Positions 47,077 through 57,333 of a stretch of 64,000 nt of DNA are shown here, in pieces (the stretch's first letter is position 1; each line of letters begins with the position of its first letter). The notes below the pieces were generated by a model. The model was not told the origin of the DNA. It worked only from the letters and a program-made list of their open reading frames with translations, and did no database searches. This stretch comes from Candidatus Omnitrophota bacterium (GTDB taxonomy: Bacteria > Omnitrophota > Gorgyraeia > Zapsychrales > JBDRMG01). The stretch is taken from NCBI GenBank assembly GCA_043812495.1, contig JBDRMG010000002.1:4890-68889 (forward strand). Reading direction: 5' to 3'. The position numbers and the translations under genes were made by a program.

Positions 47077-48541
47077 GTTCCATTTGCCCATGAAAACCTT
47101 CGCTTCATCTCTCTATCAAAGTCCTCAGTTCAAAATCATCCAGAACATTGCCAAGAAAAAGAAGATTAAAATCTATCTGGTGGGTGGATTCTTACGCGAC
47201 TGTCTTCTCAAGCGCGAATGCTTTGATTACGATTTTGCCGTTTCCCGCGGGGCTCTTGACGTGGCCAAAACATTCGCTAGAAAAATCAAAGGGGCGTTTG
47301 TGTTGCTGGATCATGAGCGCGGTTGCGGACGTGTCGCTAAGAAACAAGGCGAGCGGCTTTGGACGTTTGATTTTGCCGATTTTCGGGAAAAGACATTAAG
47401 AAAAGACCTTGCCCATCGGGATTTTACCATCAATACGTTGTGCGTTGACTTAGAAGAGCTTGATCAAAAAAGCGACATGACCGACATCTTGTTTGATTAC
47501 GAACATGGCCTGAAAGATTTAAAACAAAAAACAATTAGAATGGTCAGTGCGCGCAGTTTTCAAGACGACCCCCTGCGTATGATCCGTGCGTTTAGTCATC
47601 GGGCATTATTGGATTTTAAAATTGAGGCGAAGACTTTGCGGCAGATTAAGAAAGACAAAAGCTCTATTAAAGAGGTGTCTTTCGAGAGAATACGCGATGA
47701 ATTTTTTAAAATCTTATCGTCTCCTCGGGCTGCGCAGACTCTTAAAGAGATGGATCGCGTTGGACTCCTTGAGCAATTCATTCCTCAGATTTACGTGATG
47801 TACCGCGTGAAACAGGGCGGTTATCATCATTTGGATGTCTGGGCCCATAGCCTGGAAGCCGTCCGTCAGTTAGAAAAATTGATTCCCGAAATCAAAAACA
47901 ATCAAGATATCATGGGTTATATTCAAGAGCCGCTTGTGACGGGACGCAGCCGTTTGAGCTTGATGAAATTGGCCGTGCTTTTACATGATATCGGAAAACC
48001 GGATGCGCGAAAACGAAGAGGGCAAAGGACCTATTTTTACGGCCATGAGAGAATCGGCCGAAATATCGCGCGTCCCATCGCGCAGCGGTTAAAGCTATCA
48101 ACGAAGGAATGCTATGCGCTTGAAGACATGATCCTTTGGCATCTTCGCCCCGGATATCTATCCAATTTCAAACAACCCTCGCAAAGGGCTATCTTTCGGT
48201 TCTTACGAGACGCCAAGGACGAAGCTGTGAGCATTCTCCTTTTGTCCTGGGCGGACCAAAGGGCAACGCGCGGTCCTTTGACCTCAAGCTATGACCAAAA
48301 GCATCATGAGAAAATCGTGAAACAGCTTATCCAGTTGTATTTTGATAAGAAAAAAGAAAAACCCCTGATTCGCCTGATTAACGGCCATGATTTAATAAGG
48401 AAATTAAAACTCAAACCGTCACCCCTTTTTGCTAAAATTCTATCTGAGGTCGAAGAGCGCCAGGCCATGGGAAAAATCAAGACAAAGCGAGAGGCGCTGG
48501 ATTGCGCGCGAAAAATCGCTCAAAAGGCCGGACCATCATGA
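47075..48541 (+). CDS. CCA tRNA nucleotidyltransferase / poly(A) polymerase family with HD domain
   Basis: IYLVGGFLRDCLL..DYDFA head domain, LLHDIGKP HD motif. Confidence 0.8.
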   Translation: MFHLPMKTFASSLYQSPQFKIIQNIAKKKKIKIYLVGGFLRDCLLKRECFDYDFAVSRGALDVAKTFARKIKGAFVLLDHERGCGRVAKKQGERLWTFDFADFREKTLRKDLAHRDFTINTLCVDLEELDQKSDMTDILFDYEHGLKDLKQKTIRMVSARSFQDDPLRMIRAFSHRALLDFKIEAKTLRQIKKDKSSIKEVSFERIRDEFFKILSSPRAAQTLKEMDRVGLLEQFIPQIYVMYRVKQGGYHHLDVWAHSLEAVRQLEKLIPEIKNNQDIMGYIQEPLVTGRSRLSLMKLAVLLHDIGKPDARKRRGQRTYFYGHERIGRNIARPIAQRLKLSTKECYALEDMILWHLRPGYLSNFKQPSQRAIFRFLRDAKDEAVSILLLSWADQRATRGPLTSSYDQKHHEKIVKQLIQLYFDKKKEKPLIRLINGHDLIRKLKLKPSPLFAKILSEVEERQAMGKIKTKREALDCARKIAQKAGPS

Positions 48542-49374
48542 AGATCAAAGACACGGATATCAAGATTATTCAATCGGGTATGACGCAAGCGGCAACCGAA
48601 GCTATTGTCGTATCGGACAAAAGACAAAATGAGTTATCTCCTCCATCGCCTAGCCGGCTGATCACGGTAGCTGATATTATGAATAAGGATAGATTGTCTT
48701 TGGAAGAAAGAATCCGCCAGGCGACGGCTGCAGCGCTTCAAACAGCTCAAGAACAAAAAATGAAATCCATAGGTTTTCCATCCTTGGGTTGCCCTGATCC
48801 AAAAGTCCCGGCGCGGGCATCGGCCAAAATTATGACGCAGGAAATTATCAAATATCTGAGGACAAACGAAGCAACTCTCAAAGAAATCATTTTTTACGTT
48901 AACGACGAAGAATTATTTCGAGTTTTTGATAAAACCATCAAAGGCTATGTGGTTCATTTACTGGATCCATTTGCGCGACCCTATTGTACGGTTGATGCGA
49001 TTATTGAATACCAAAACGGAATCATTTTAATCGAGCGCTCTAACCCGCCTTTTGGGTGGGCTCTGCCCGGAGGTTTTGCGGATTATGGCGAAAGCTTGGA
49101 AGATGCGGTCAAGCGCGAGGCGAAGGAAGAGACCAATCTCGACCTTCTGGGCTTAAAGCAATTTCACACGTACTCGCAACCAGATCGGGATGAACGATTT
49201 CATACTGTTTCGACTGTTTTTGTCGCTCAAGGTCAAGGCGAGGCAAAATCCGGGGATGATGCACAGAATCTTAAAATTGTTGCATTCGATGACCTGAAAA
49301 AGATGGATTATGCGTTCGATCACAGAAAGATTATCGAGGATTATCTGGAAAGTAAAACCCCCCACCACTTTTAA
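48538..49374 (+). CDS. Macro-like domain plus NUDIX hydrolase fusion
   Basis: N-terminal KSIGFPSLGCPD macro-like; C-terminal Nudix box GGFADYGESLEDAVKREAKEETNL; last codons lie inside repeat F. Confidence 0.65.
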   Translation: MKIKDTDIKIIQSGMTQAATEAIVVSDKRQNELSPPSPSRLITVADIMNKDRLSLEERIRQATAAALQTAQEQKMKSIGFPSLGCPDPKVPARASAKIMTQEIIKYLRTNEATLKEIIFYVNDEELFRVFDKTIKGYVVHLLDPFARPYCTVDAIIEYQNGIILIERSNPPFGWALPGGFADYGESLEDAVKREAKEETNLDLLGLKQFHTYSQPDRDERFHTVSTVFVAQGQGEAKSGDDAQNLKIVAFDDLKKMDYAFDHRKIIEDYLESKTPHHF

Positions 49375-49591
49375 AAATGGCTGCAAGACCAAAAACGACG
49401 GGATTTTTGGAACAGATACGTTTTATTTCAAAAGAACGCTTTATTACTAAAAGTGGTGGGGGGTTCAATTCGGCTCGCAACTTACGTTTCCGTCAAAATC
49501 AAAGATTTTGACGAGATCTCGCCAATGGCATTAATGCAATTGGCGGACACTTGCGTTCCGTAAGTTGCGGCGTCATTGAAGGAGGGTTGCC
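49356..49591 (+). repeat. REP/BIME-like composite element copy F
   Basis: ACCCCCCACCACTTTT..AAAAGTGGTGGGGGG hairpin, TTCAATTCGG core, GCAACTTACG..CGTAAGTTGC hairpin, terminal GTCATTGAAGGAGG = SD of 49592 gene. Confidence 0.8.
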
Positions 49592-50005
49592 ATGGGAAAT
49601 ATCAAAGTTCTTGTCGCGGATGATGAAAAAGATGTGCGTGAACTCATGGAAAAGAAAATCTCTCTTGCCGGCTATGAGGTGGTGACAGCCTGCGACGGAC
49701 AGGAGGCCTGGGAGAAAATCCAAAGCGAGAATCCGGACGTCATTCTGCTGGATTTGAAAATGCCCAGGATGGACGGATTTGAGGTTCTTAAGAATTTGAG
49801 AGAAAATCCGCCTTCGGCCAAGTGGCAACCTGTGATTATTATTTCGGCCCTCAATGAGCTTGAAGATATGAAGAAAGGATTTGATCTCGAAGCCGATCAC
49901 TATCTTACAAAGCCCTGCGAAATGGAAGATGTCCTTAAAGGCATTCGCTTTATGCTGACACTGATTCCTCAGCGCAGGCCCAGAGTTGACAAACAAAAAA
50001 GCTAA
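49592..50005 (+). CDS. Single-domain response regulator (receiver)
   Basis: VLVADDE, ILLDLKMPRMDGFEVLKNLR, conserved K. Confidence 0.8.
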   Translation: MGNIKVLVADDEKDVRELMEKKISLAGYEVVTACDGQEAWEKIQSENPDVILLDLKMPRMDGFEVLKNLRENPPSAKWQPVIIISALNELEDMKKGFDLEADHYLTKPCEMEDVLKGIRFMLTLIPQRRPRVDKQKS

Positions 50006-50007
50006 AA

Positions 50008-51081
50008 ATGAAAATCGGAATCATTGGCTTGCCCCAGGTGGGCAAAAAAACTTTATTTGAGCTTTTGACGGGCGATAAGCTTGATTCTCAAGCGTATGGC
50101 GCGCAGGCTGAAATCAGAATGGGCGTTGTGAAGATCCGAGACAACCGTTTTTCTGAGCTGGTCAAGATGTACCAGCCTAAGAAAATCGTACCGGCCAGCA
50201 TTGATGTCATTCTCCTGCCCAAGTTCGATCAAGAAACGGTTCAAAGCGGTGAATTCGCTAAGTCTTTGGAGCTGTGCGATGCTCTTTGTCATATTGTCCG
50301 TGCCTTTAGCGACGAATCCATTTTTCATGTGGAAGGAAGCGTTGATCCGCAAAGGGACATCGACAGCGTTTTTACAGAGCTCGTCTTGTGCGATTTGATT
50401 CTGGTTGAGAAGCGCCTGGAGCGCATCACCAAAGAGCTCATGAATAAATCGACGCCGGCCCAGCAAAAAGAAAAAGAAATTTTAATGCGGATGAAAGAAC
50501 TTCTGGATCGCCATATCCCTCTGACCGGTTGTCCTCTGAGCGAAGATGAGAAGAAAATCATGTCCACATATAAGTTTCTGACCAAAAAACCCATGATTAT
50601 TGTTTTGAATGCGGATGAAAACAAATTGTCCGATTTAACGCTGATCCGTCAGATTCAAGAAAAGTATAAAGACCAAGCCATCAAGGTGATGCAGATTTCA
50701 GCGAAAATCGAGACAGAGCTGTCCGCGTTGGATCCTGCCGAGCAAGAAACATTTTTAAAAGAACTCAACATCAAAGAATCGGCCCTCAATCAATTGACGC
50801 GTCTTTATTACGAAATTTTAGGGTTGATGTCTTTCTTTACGGTCGGGCCCAACGAGGTTCATGCCTGGATGATCCGCAAAGGAATCCCTGCCCCTGAAGC
50901 GGCCGGCACCATTCATTCAGATATGCAAAGAGGTTTTATTCGGGCCGAGATCATGAAGTCGCAGGAGCTTTTGGCGGCCGGCAGTGAAACAAAACTCAAG
51001 GAGGCGGGCAAAGTATTGATCAAAGGGAAAGACTATATCGTCGAAGACGGCGATGTGATATTTGTCCGGTTTAATGTATAA
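50008..51081 (+). CDS. ychF: Ribosome-binding ATPase YchF (Obg-like)
   Basis: MKIGIIGLPQVGKKTLF, C-terminal TGS domain. Confidence 0.9.
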   Translation: MKIGIIGLPQVGKKTLFELLTGDKLDSQAYGAQAEIRMGVVKIRDNRFSELVKMYQPKKIVPASIDVILLPKFDQETVQSGEFAKSLELCDALCHIVRAFSDESIFHVEGSVDPQRDIDSVFTELVLCDLILVEKRLERITKELMNKSTPAQQKEKEILMRMKELLDRHIPLTGCPLSEDEKKIMSTYKFLTKKPMIIVLNADENKLSDLTLIRQIQEKYKDQAIKVMQISAKIETELSALDPAEQETFLKELNIKESALNQLTRLYYEILGLMSFFTVGPNEVHAWMIRKGIPAPEAAGTIHSDMQRGFIRAEIMKSQELLAAGSETKLKEAGKVLIKGKDYIVEDGDVIFVRFNV

Positions 51082-51221
51082 GGAAATATTACAGTTGTAT
51101 TTGCTTAATTCCCCGCTTCTTGCTTTCGCAAGAAAGCAGCGGGGTCAATTCGTCCTTATGACTTATGTCGTCCGCCACTGAATCAATGGCGGACTCCATA
51201 AGTCATGGCCTCATTGAGATG
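51082..51221 (+). repeat. REP/BIME-like composite element copy G
   Basis: Head GGAAATATTACAGTTGTATTTGCTTAAT, CCCCGCTTCTTGC..GCAAGAAAGCAGCGGGG, GTCAATTCG, CATATG..TCCGCCACTGAATCAATGGCGGA..CATAAGTCATGG, CCTCATTGAG. Confidence 0.9.
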
Positions 51222-52046
51222 ATAAAGATTATCGCGATTATTCTTTGTTCTGTTTTTGCGTTCGTCCTTTTTGTACGGACGCTTGAGCATACAAGTATTT
51301 TTTTTCCGACCCGCTCCATCACATTCACTCCGCAAGATATTAACTTAGCTTTTGAAGATATTATTTTCCCAAGCCATGGACTTTCTCTGAACGGTTGGTT
51401 GATCAAAGCCCCGAATGCCCGCTCAACGCTTCTATTTTTTCATGGTAATGCCGGAAATTTAAGTCATCGGCTGGAAAAAATTCAAATGTTCCATCGCATG
51501 AGTTTAAATGTTTTTATTATCGATTATCGGGGCTATGGAAAAAGCCAGGGACGTCCCAGCGAACAAGGCCTGTATCAAGATGCTCTGAGCGCTTATGATT
51601 ATCTCGCGAGTCGAAGCGATATCGACCAAAATAATATTATTGTTTATGGCGCCTCCTTAGGAAGCGTAGTAGCGATTGATTGTGCGACCAAAAGAAAAAT
51701 GGCCTGTTTAATTGTTGATTCCGCTTTCTCAAGCGCGGCCGATATAAGCCGGAGAATCTATCCGTTTATTCCCGTGTGGCTATTGAGAACGAAAATGGAC
51801 TCTGTATCAAAAATTCAATCTATTTTTGTTCCCAAGCTGTTCATCCACAGCCGCGATGATGAAATTGTGCCGATTGAATTAGGCCGCAGGTTATTTGATC
51901 AAGCTCCTTTGCCAAAGAAGTTTATCGAAATCCGCGGAGGGCATAACACCGGCTACGGTGAATCGGAAAAAGAATTTACGCAAGGGATACAATCATTTCT
52001 TGAGGAACTCAATCTTCTCAATGAGGCCAATATTTACGGAGTGTAA
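51219..52046 (+). CDS. Alpha/beta hydrolase (serine hydrolase with N-terminal TM anchor)
   Basis: LFFHGNAGN, GASLGS nucleophile elbow, D and H downstream; ORF-track start at 51165 lies in the repeat and is rejected. Confidence 0.7.
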   Translation: MIKIIAIILCSVFAFVLFVRTLEHTSIFFPTRSITFTPQDINLAFEDIIFPSHGLSLNGWLIKAPNARSTLLFFHGNAGNLSHRLEKIQMFHRMSLNVFIIDYRGYGKSQGRPSEQGLYQDALSAYDYLASRSDIDQNNIIVYGASLGSVVAIDCATKRKMACLIVDSAFSSAADISRRIYPFIPVWLLRTKMDSVSKIQSIFVPKLFIHSRDDEIVPIELGRRLFDQAPLPKKFIEIRGGHNTGYGESEKEFTQGIQSFLEELNLLNEANIYGV

Positions 52047-52215
52047 CGCCCGCCCATTTTCCTAATATTAGGCGAGGTCTCGCCCATTCGATAAAATCGA
52101 ATAGGCGGAACGTAAATAGACGGCCGAATTGACCCCCGCACCTTTTATCTATTCAAATATATTTAAATCGTGCGATGTTAAGATATTTGAACGAGAAAAA
52201 GGTGCGGGGGTATAA
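52047..52215 (-). repeat. REP/BIME-like composite element copy J (beta subtype)
   Basis: CCGAATTGACCCCC core, CCCCGCACC..GGTGCGGGGG, TTCGATAAAATCGAA hairpin and GGCGAGACCTCGCC shared with copy E. Confidence 0.75.
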
Positions 52216-52250
52216 AGAAAATAAAATCTGATTATTTCTTTTTTGAGGGC

Positions 52251-53459
52251 ATGGCCATGGGTAATTTATTAAGAACAAAATCCAGAAACATCATTGATTC
52301 TAAGAATCGGATCGTTCGCTTGCGGGGCGTTAATCTCGGCGGATGGCTGATGATGGAAGGTTACATCCTTCATTCGCTCAATTGTCCCGAGCAGTATTAT
52401 AAAAAGAGATTTGCAAACGCCTTGGGCCAAAAGGCGCTTCGTGAGTTTGAAAAGTCTTTTCGTGATCATTTTATTCAAGAAAAAGACATACGCCTGATTG
52501 CCAAAAATGGATTCAATTGCCTGCGCGTGCCGTTCCATTTTGGTTTGATAGAACAAAAACCCTATCGATATAATGAAAAAGGCGTGGCTTATCTTGACCG
52601 CGTGATCCGCTGGGCCCAGAAACACAATTTATGGGTCATCCTGGATCTTCATGCCGCTCCCGGTGCCCAAAATAGAGACTGGCATGCGGATAGTTTAGGG
52701 AAGGCCGATTTATGGACAAAAAAATCTAATCAGGACAGGACCCTTGCTTTTTGGGGATTTCTCGCTGATCGATACAAAAATAATGAAACCGTGGCCGGTT
52801 ATGACCTTTTGAATGAATCTGAAGTTAACGACGCGTCCATTTTGAATCGATTCTATAAGAAACTCATTGAAAGAATACGACAGATTGATCCACATCATAT
52901 GATATTTGTGGAAGGTAACATATGGGCGACCGATTTGCATTGTCTCGATACATTCGACGACGATAATCTGGTTTTAAGCGCCCACATGTATTTTCCGCTT
53001 GAACTGACGTTCAATTTTGTTCCCCACTTATCCTATCCGTTGCGTTATCGCGGTCAGACATGGAATAAAAACGTGCTTAAGAAATATTTGGCCAAGTACG
53101 ACGCGCTTGCGCAAACAAGATCCCGTCCCATTTTTATCGGAGAATTCGGCGTCAACGGCCGGCAGGGAAAATATAACGAACACCTCTGGGTCAAGGATAT
53201 CGTCTCTTGTTTTAAGGAATTCGGATTTCATTGGACCTACTGGACCTACAAGGCCGTTAAAAATAATGTTTTTCCTGACGGATTATTCAGCTCTATGGAC
53301 AATCCTCCCTGGGTGAACCGTCAAGGGGCCGATATGGGGATGGCGACATATCCTGCTTGCTGGCCCAAGTATAAGAAAGAAATGATTCGTTCTTGGCAGA
53401 CGGATGCCTTTTGCCCGAACATAAAAGTATTAGAGGTTCTTAAAGATGCATGTGAATAA
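52251..53459 (+). CDS. Glycoside hydrolase family 5 (cellulase-like)
   Basis: GVNLGGWLMMEGY, LLNESE acid/base region, IGEFGV nucleophile. Confidence 0.75.
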   Translation: MAMGNLLRTKSRNIIDSKNRIVRLRGVNLGGWLMMEGYILHSLNCPEQYYKKRFANALGQKALREFEKSFRDHFIQEKDIRLIAKNGFNCLRVPFHFGLIEQKPYRYNEKGVAYLDRVIRWAQKHNLWVILDLHAAPGAQNRDWHADSLGKADLWTKKSNQDRTLAFWGFLADRYKNNETVAGYDLLNESEVNDASILNRFYKKLIERIRQIDPHHMIFVEGNIWATDLHCLDTFDDDNLVLSAHMYFPLELTFNFVPHLSYPLRYRGQTWNKNVLKKYLAKYDALAQTRSRPIFIGEFGVNGRQGKYNEHLWVKDIVSCFKEFGFHWTYWTYKAVKNNVFPDGLFSSMDNPPWVNRQGADMGMATYPACWPKYKKEMIRSWQTDAFCPNIKVLEVLKDACE

Positions 53460-54249
53460 AATCTCAAGCGCTTCCAATCCGCGACTCAAACAAGTTGTAC
53501 GCTTGAGAGACAAAAAGACGCGGGAAGAAACCCATTTGATGATTGTGGAAGGAGAAAAAGAGATTCTGCGTGCACAAGATGCCGGTATCTGCTTTCAGGA
53601 GATTTATTTATGCCCGGATTATTCTGAATCTCATCCAGAAAAGAATATATTGAAGGAAATTCCGACCGAAGACACGGAGTGTTTTGAAATAACAAAAATG
53701 GCCTTTGACAAGATTGCCTACGGCGATCGGCACGAAGGGATTTTGGCTATCTGCCGGCAGCCTCAAAAAGAACTTAAGGATATGAAGATCGCCGAGTCTC
53801 CTTTGATTGTCGTTTTGGAGGATGTGGAGAAGCCGGGAAATTTAGGCGCTATTCTTCGCACATGCGACGCCGCCGGGGTTAATGGCGTTATCCTCTGTGA
53901 GGAGAAAACAGATATTTACAATCCCAACACTATTCGCGCAAGCCTAGGTGCTGTTTTTACTGTATTTGTCGCGAAGAGCTCCAATCAGGAGGCTTGTAAA
54001 TATTTAAAACAAAATAATGTCGCCATTTGCTCTGCCAGCCCCGAGGCTGAGTCTATTTATGATCAGAGCGATTTAACGGGCTCTTTGGCCATTGTTTTTG
54101 GCAGTGAGCAAAAGGGCGTCAGTGATTTTTGGATGAGCCAATCCCATCAAAGAATCAAAGTTCCTATGCAGGGAAAAGTTGATTCTCTCAATGTTTCGGT
54201 GACAGCCGCCATCATTATTTATGAAGCCGTCAGACAAAGAAGAAAATAA
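53446..54249 (+). CDS. TrmH/SpoU-family RNA 2'-O-methyltransferase (RlmB-like)
   Basis: SpoU substrate-binding N-domain, EDVEKPGNLGAILRTCDAAG, FGSEQKGVS. Confidence 0.8.
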   Translation: MHVNKISSASNPRLKQVVRLRDKKTREETHLMIVEGEKEILRAQDAGICFQEIYLCPDYSESHPEKNILKEIPTEDTECFEITKMAFDKIAYGDRHEGILAICRQPQKELKDMKIAESPLIVVLEDVEKPGNLGAILRTCDAAGVNGVILCEEKTDIYNPNTIRASLGAVFTVFVAKSSNQEACKYLKQNNVAICSASPEAESIYDQSDLTGSLAIVFGSEQKGVSDFWMSQSHQRIKVPMQGKVDSLNVSVTAAIIIYEAVRQRRK

Positions 54250-54955
54250 ACAGCGATTGCAAGTTTTTTTATCTCATAACGGGGCTTGTTCGCGCCGAAA
54301 AGCCATGCAATTGATCTTTGAGGGATGCGTGACAGTCAATGGCCGGGTTATCCGAGAACCTTCTACCCGGATTGACCCCGCTGCGGATAAGATTTATTTA
54401 AACGCAGAGCGAATCCAAGAAAAATCATTCACGTATATTCTTCTGCATAAACCCAAAGGCTATATCACAACATCGTCTGACCCCTTTGCCAAGAAAAAGG
54501 TTTTTGATTTGTTACCCAAAGGCTTTGCGCATCTTTTTTGTGTCGGGCGGCTGGACAAGGATACCGAAGGGTTGCTGCTTCTGACGAATGACGGTGATTT
54601 GGCCTATACCTTGACTCATCCAAAATTCGCTATTCAAAAAGTATATATTGTTGAAATTCAAGGACTATTGACGCCAAAGCAAAAAGACCAATTACAAAAT
54701 GGCATAACGATCGACGGCCAGAAGACTTCACCATGTGTTATTGCAAAGATTCATCAGGACAAAGGCAGGACGCATTTTTTGATGACAATCCACGAGGGTC
54801 GTAAGCGGCAAATTCGAAGAATGCTTGAAGCCCTCGGGCATAACGTCTGCAATCTCAAAAGAATAAAACAAGGGCCGATCGAATTAGGAAATTTACCGGT
54901 CGGTCAATGGCGTGCACTTGAAGCTAATGAAATCGCTGATTTAAAGAAACTATGA
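54221..54955 (+). CDS. RsuA/RluB-family rRNA pseudouridine synthase with S4 domain
   Basis: RLQVFLSHNGACSRRKA S4; VGRLDKDTEGLLLLTNDG catalytic Asp. Confidence 0.85.
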   Translation: MKPSDKEENKQRLQVFLSHNGACSRRKAMQLIFEGCVTVNGRVIREPSTRIDPAADKIYLNAERIQEKSFTYILLHKPKGYITTSSDPFAKKKVFDLLPKGFAHLFCVGRLDKDTEGLLLLTNDGDLAYTLTHPKFAIQKVYIVEIQGLLTPKQKDQLQNGITIDGQKTSPCVIAKIHQDKGRTHFLMTIHEGRKRQIRRMLEALGHNVCNLKRIKQGPIELGNLPVGQWRALEANEIADLKKL

Positions 54956-56895
54956 TTACGATTACAAATCTTTCAAAGAATTTTGATCAACGGCTTCTTC
55001 TTAAGGATGTTTCCCTGGGTATTTTTCCTAATGAGAAAATAGGACTAACGGGTCCCAATGGAACCGGGAAAACAACCCTTTTTTCGATTATCTTAGGAGA
55101 ACTTGAGCCGTCGGCCGGAACCGTCCAGGTTCAGAAGAATATTCGCATCGGCTATCTTCCCCAAGAGGCAAAATTCGATTCCGAGCGGACCTTAATTCAA
55201 GAATTGACATCCGGGGATGAGCGTATGCGGGGGCTGATTCGGGAAAAGCGGCAACTCGAGGATGAAAATAAAGCCGATACCGAGCGCTACGGCGACGTCG
55301 TCCATGAGTTGGAGTTATTGGGCATTTATAATCTTGAACATAAAGCCGAGAAAATCCTCTCGGGCTTGGGTTTTAGCCAAAGGGATTTTCAGCGGCCTAT
55401 TAATCATTTAAGCGGTGGTTGGCGCATGCGCGCTTTATTAGCTAAATTGTTGACCTACGATTATGATTTGCTTCTTTTAGATGAGCCCACCAATTATCTG
55501 GATTTGCCGGCAACCCTTTGGCTTAAGGATTTCCTATCTCATTATCCTGGGACTTTCGTTATTATTTCGCATGACAAAGTTTTCTTAAATGAAGTCACCA
55601 ATTACACCATTATTTTAGAAGACGGCCGGATGACAAAAGCAAAAGGCAATTATGAGCAGGTTGAGGCTGAAAAAGAGAACAGGCTTAAGTTTCTTGAAAA
55701 AAAGAAGAAAGAGGTCGATAAGAAACGTCAGCAATTGGAACGGTTCGCTCAGCGTTTCCACGCTCAACCCAATCGCGCGGCCGCGGTCAGAAACAAACGA
55801 AAGATGATCGAGCGTCTGGAAAATATCGAATTACCGCCTGAGAGAAAAAGCATCAAAGATTTTACGTTTGCATCGCCCGAGAGCAGCGGCTATAACGTGA
55901 TAACCTTGGAGCATGTCCAAAAATCTTATGGGGAAATTGAAGTCTATAAGGACATCAATCTGGAAATAACGCGCAAACAAAAGGTTTGCCTTGTGGGCGC
56001 CAATGGCGCCGGCAAATCAACACTAATGAAAATACTGGCCGGCATCGTTGATGTTGACGCGGGCGTAAGAAAACTGGGCTATCAGGTCGATGTCGGTTAT
56101 TTTTCGCAAACACGCCTCGATGTTCTTCATCCTGAGCGAACGGCTTTTGATGAGGTCGTTTCGGCGGCACCGGCGGGCATGCCGGCTGTACAGGTCAGAA
56201 CTCTTTTGGGTATTTTTAATTTTCACGGAGACGATGTCTTTAAGCAGGTCAAAATACTTTCCGGCGGAGAAAAGAGCCGTGTGATTCTGGCTAAATTATT
56301 GATTAATCCGCCGAATTTTATTTTATTAGATGAACCGACAACGCATTTGGATATTGACGGTGTCGAAGCGCTCACCAAGGCGTTTAAGAAATATGACGGG
56401 TCATTATGTTTTATCAGCCATGATTTATTCTTTATTAGAGAGATTGCCAATACCATCATTGAAGTTGACCAAGGTTGCCTGAAGGTTTTTCCGGGCCGTT
56501 TTCAATATTATTTGGATAAGAAGAAAGAAAAGGAAGATTCCCATAAAAAAGAAAAACAAGCTCTGAAGATGCAGCAAAACAATGAGCAGGTAAAAAAGAA
56601 GAAGAAAGAGAAAATTAATGAAGCTGCTCTGCGTCTGCACAAACAACATCGAGAGGCGCTCAAAAGGCTATTCGACATTAAGCAGGTCATCAGTCATTAC
56701 AAGAAGGAAAAAAGTGATCTTGAAACAGAGAGTTACGTCAAGGCCAGAGTTCTTTCGCAGCCGTTTAAGACAAGAGATCAGCAAATGCTTAAAGAATACG
56801 GCCAGCGCCTGAAGGCCATTGACAAACGCATCAAAGAGATCAACAAAGAGATTGATAAATTAATAAAAGAGCGCGATAATATTCAAAACACTTGA
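54952..56895 (+). CDS. ABC-F family ATPase (Uup/EttA-like, two ABC domains plus K/E-rich coiled-coil tail)
   Basis: Two Walker A (GPNGTGKTT, GANGAGKST), two LSGG signatures, no TM domain. Confidence 0.85.
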   Translation: MITITNLSKNFDQRLLLKDVSLGIFPNEKIGLTGPNGTGKTTLFSIILGELEPSAGTVQVQKNIRIGYLPQEAKFDSERTLIQELTSGDERMRGLIREKRQLEDENKADTERYGDVVHELELLGIYNLEHKAEKILSGLGFSQRDFQRPINHLSGGWRMRALLAKLLTYDYDLLLLDEPTNYLDLPATLWLKDFLSHYPGTFVIISHDKVFLNEVTNYTIILEDGRMTKAKGNYEQVEAEKENRLKFLEKKKKEVDKKRQQLERFAQRFHAQPNRAAAVRNKRKMIERLENIELPPERKSIKDFTFASPESSGYNVITLEHVQKSYGEIEVYKDINLEITRKQKVCLVGANGAGKSTLMKILAGIVDVDAGVRKLGYQVDVGYFSQTRLDVLHPERTAFDEVVSAAPAGMPAVQVRTLLGIFNFHGDDVFKQVKILSGGEKSRVILAKLLINPPNFILLDEPTTHLDIDGVEALTKAFKKYDGSLCFISHDLFFIREIANTIIEVDQGCLKVFPGRFQYYLDKKKEKEDSHKKEKQALKMQQNNEQVKKKKKEKINEAALRLHKQHREALKRLFDIKQVISHYKKEKSDLETESYVKARVLSQPFKTRDQQMLKEYGQRLKAIDKRIKEINKEIDKLIKERDNIQNT

Positions 56896-56935
56896 AAATA
56901 TGCGCTGATCCGACAAGACACCATCGGAGGTTGAG

Positions 56936-57328
56936 ATGTTGAGAATGTGTTCCCTTATAGCGTTCGTTATTTTTCTCTCAGGATGCGCCAAAGTTTCGCA
57001 TCTGCAAGAACTTTTGACACTCAAGACCTATTCGGATAATCAGGGACTTCAAGACCAATATGTTCAAGAGCAGGATGAAAAATTTGCAAAACTTTTGGGC
57101 GCGATCAAAGAGAAACGTATCCAGGATTATCCCAGCAAAAAGTCATTTCTTAAGAATTTCGGCGATCCGATATTCACAAAAGTCGTTAATAAAAATAATC
57201 AAAATGTTGAACAGTGGCTTTATCGTTATGCGCAGAAATATTTCAATTCCCCGAAAGTGTATGCGTATTTCGATTCTTCGGGTCAACTCATTGATTGGTC
57301 ACTCGAAGAACCGATTCAAAAGGAATAA
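56936..57328 (+). CDS. Hypothetical lipoprotein
   Basis: Lipobox FLSGC after signal peptide. Confidence 0.5.
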   Translation: MLRMCSLIAFVIFLSGCAKVSHLQELLTLKTYSDNQGLQDQYVQEQDEKFAKLLGAIKEKRIQDYPSKKSFLKNFGDPIFTKVVNKNNQNVEQWLYRYAQKYFNSPKVYAYFDSSGQLIDWSLEEPIQKE

Positions 57329-57333
57329 GGAAG

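Noticed and set aside
51165-51218. N-terminal extension MSSATESMADSISHGLIE of the alpha/beta hydrolase (and the identical one at 62623 for cutA)
   Set aside because: The peptide is the translation of hairpin 2 of the repeat element and is identical in two unrelated genes. Downstream ATGs preceded by the repeat-borne SD are far more plausible starts.
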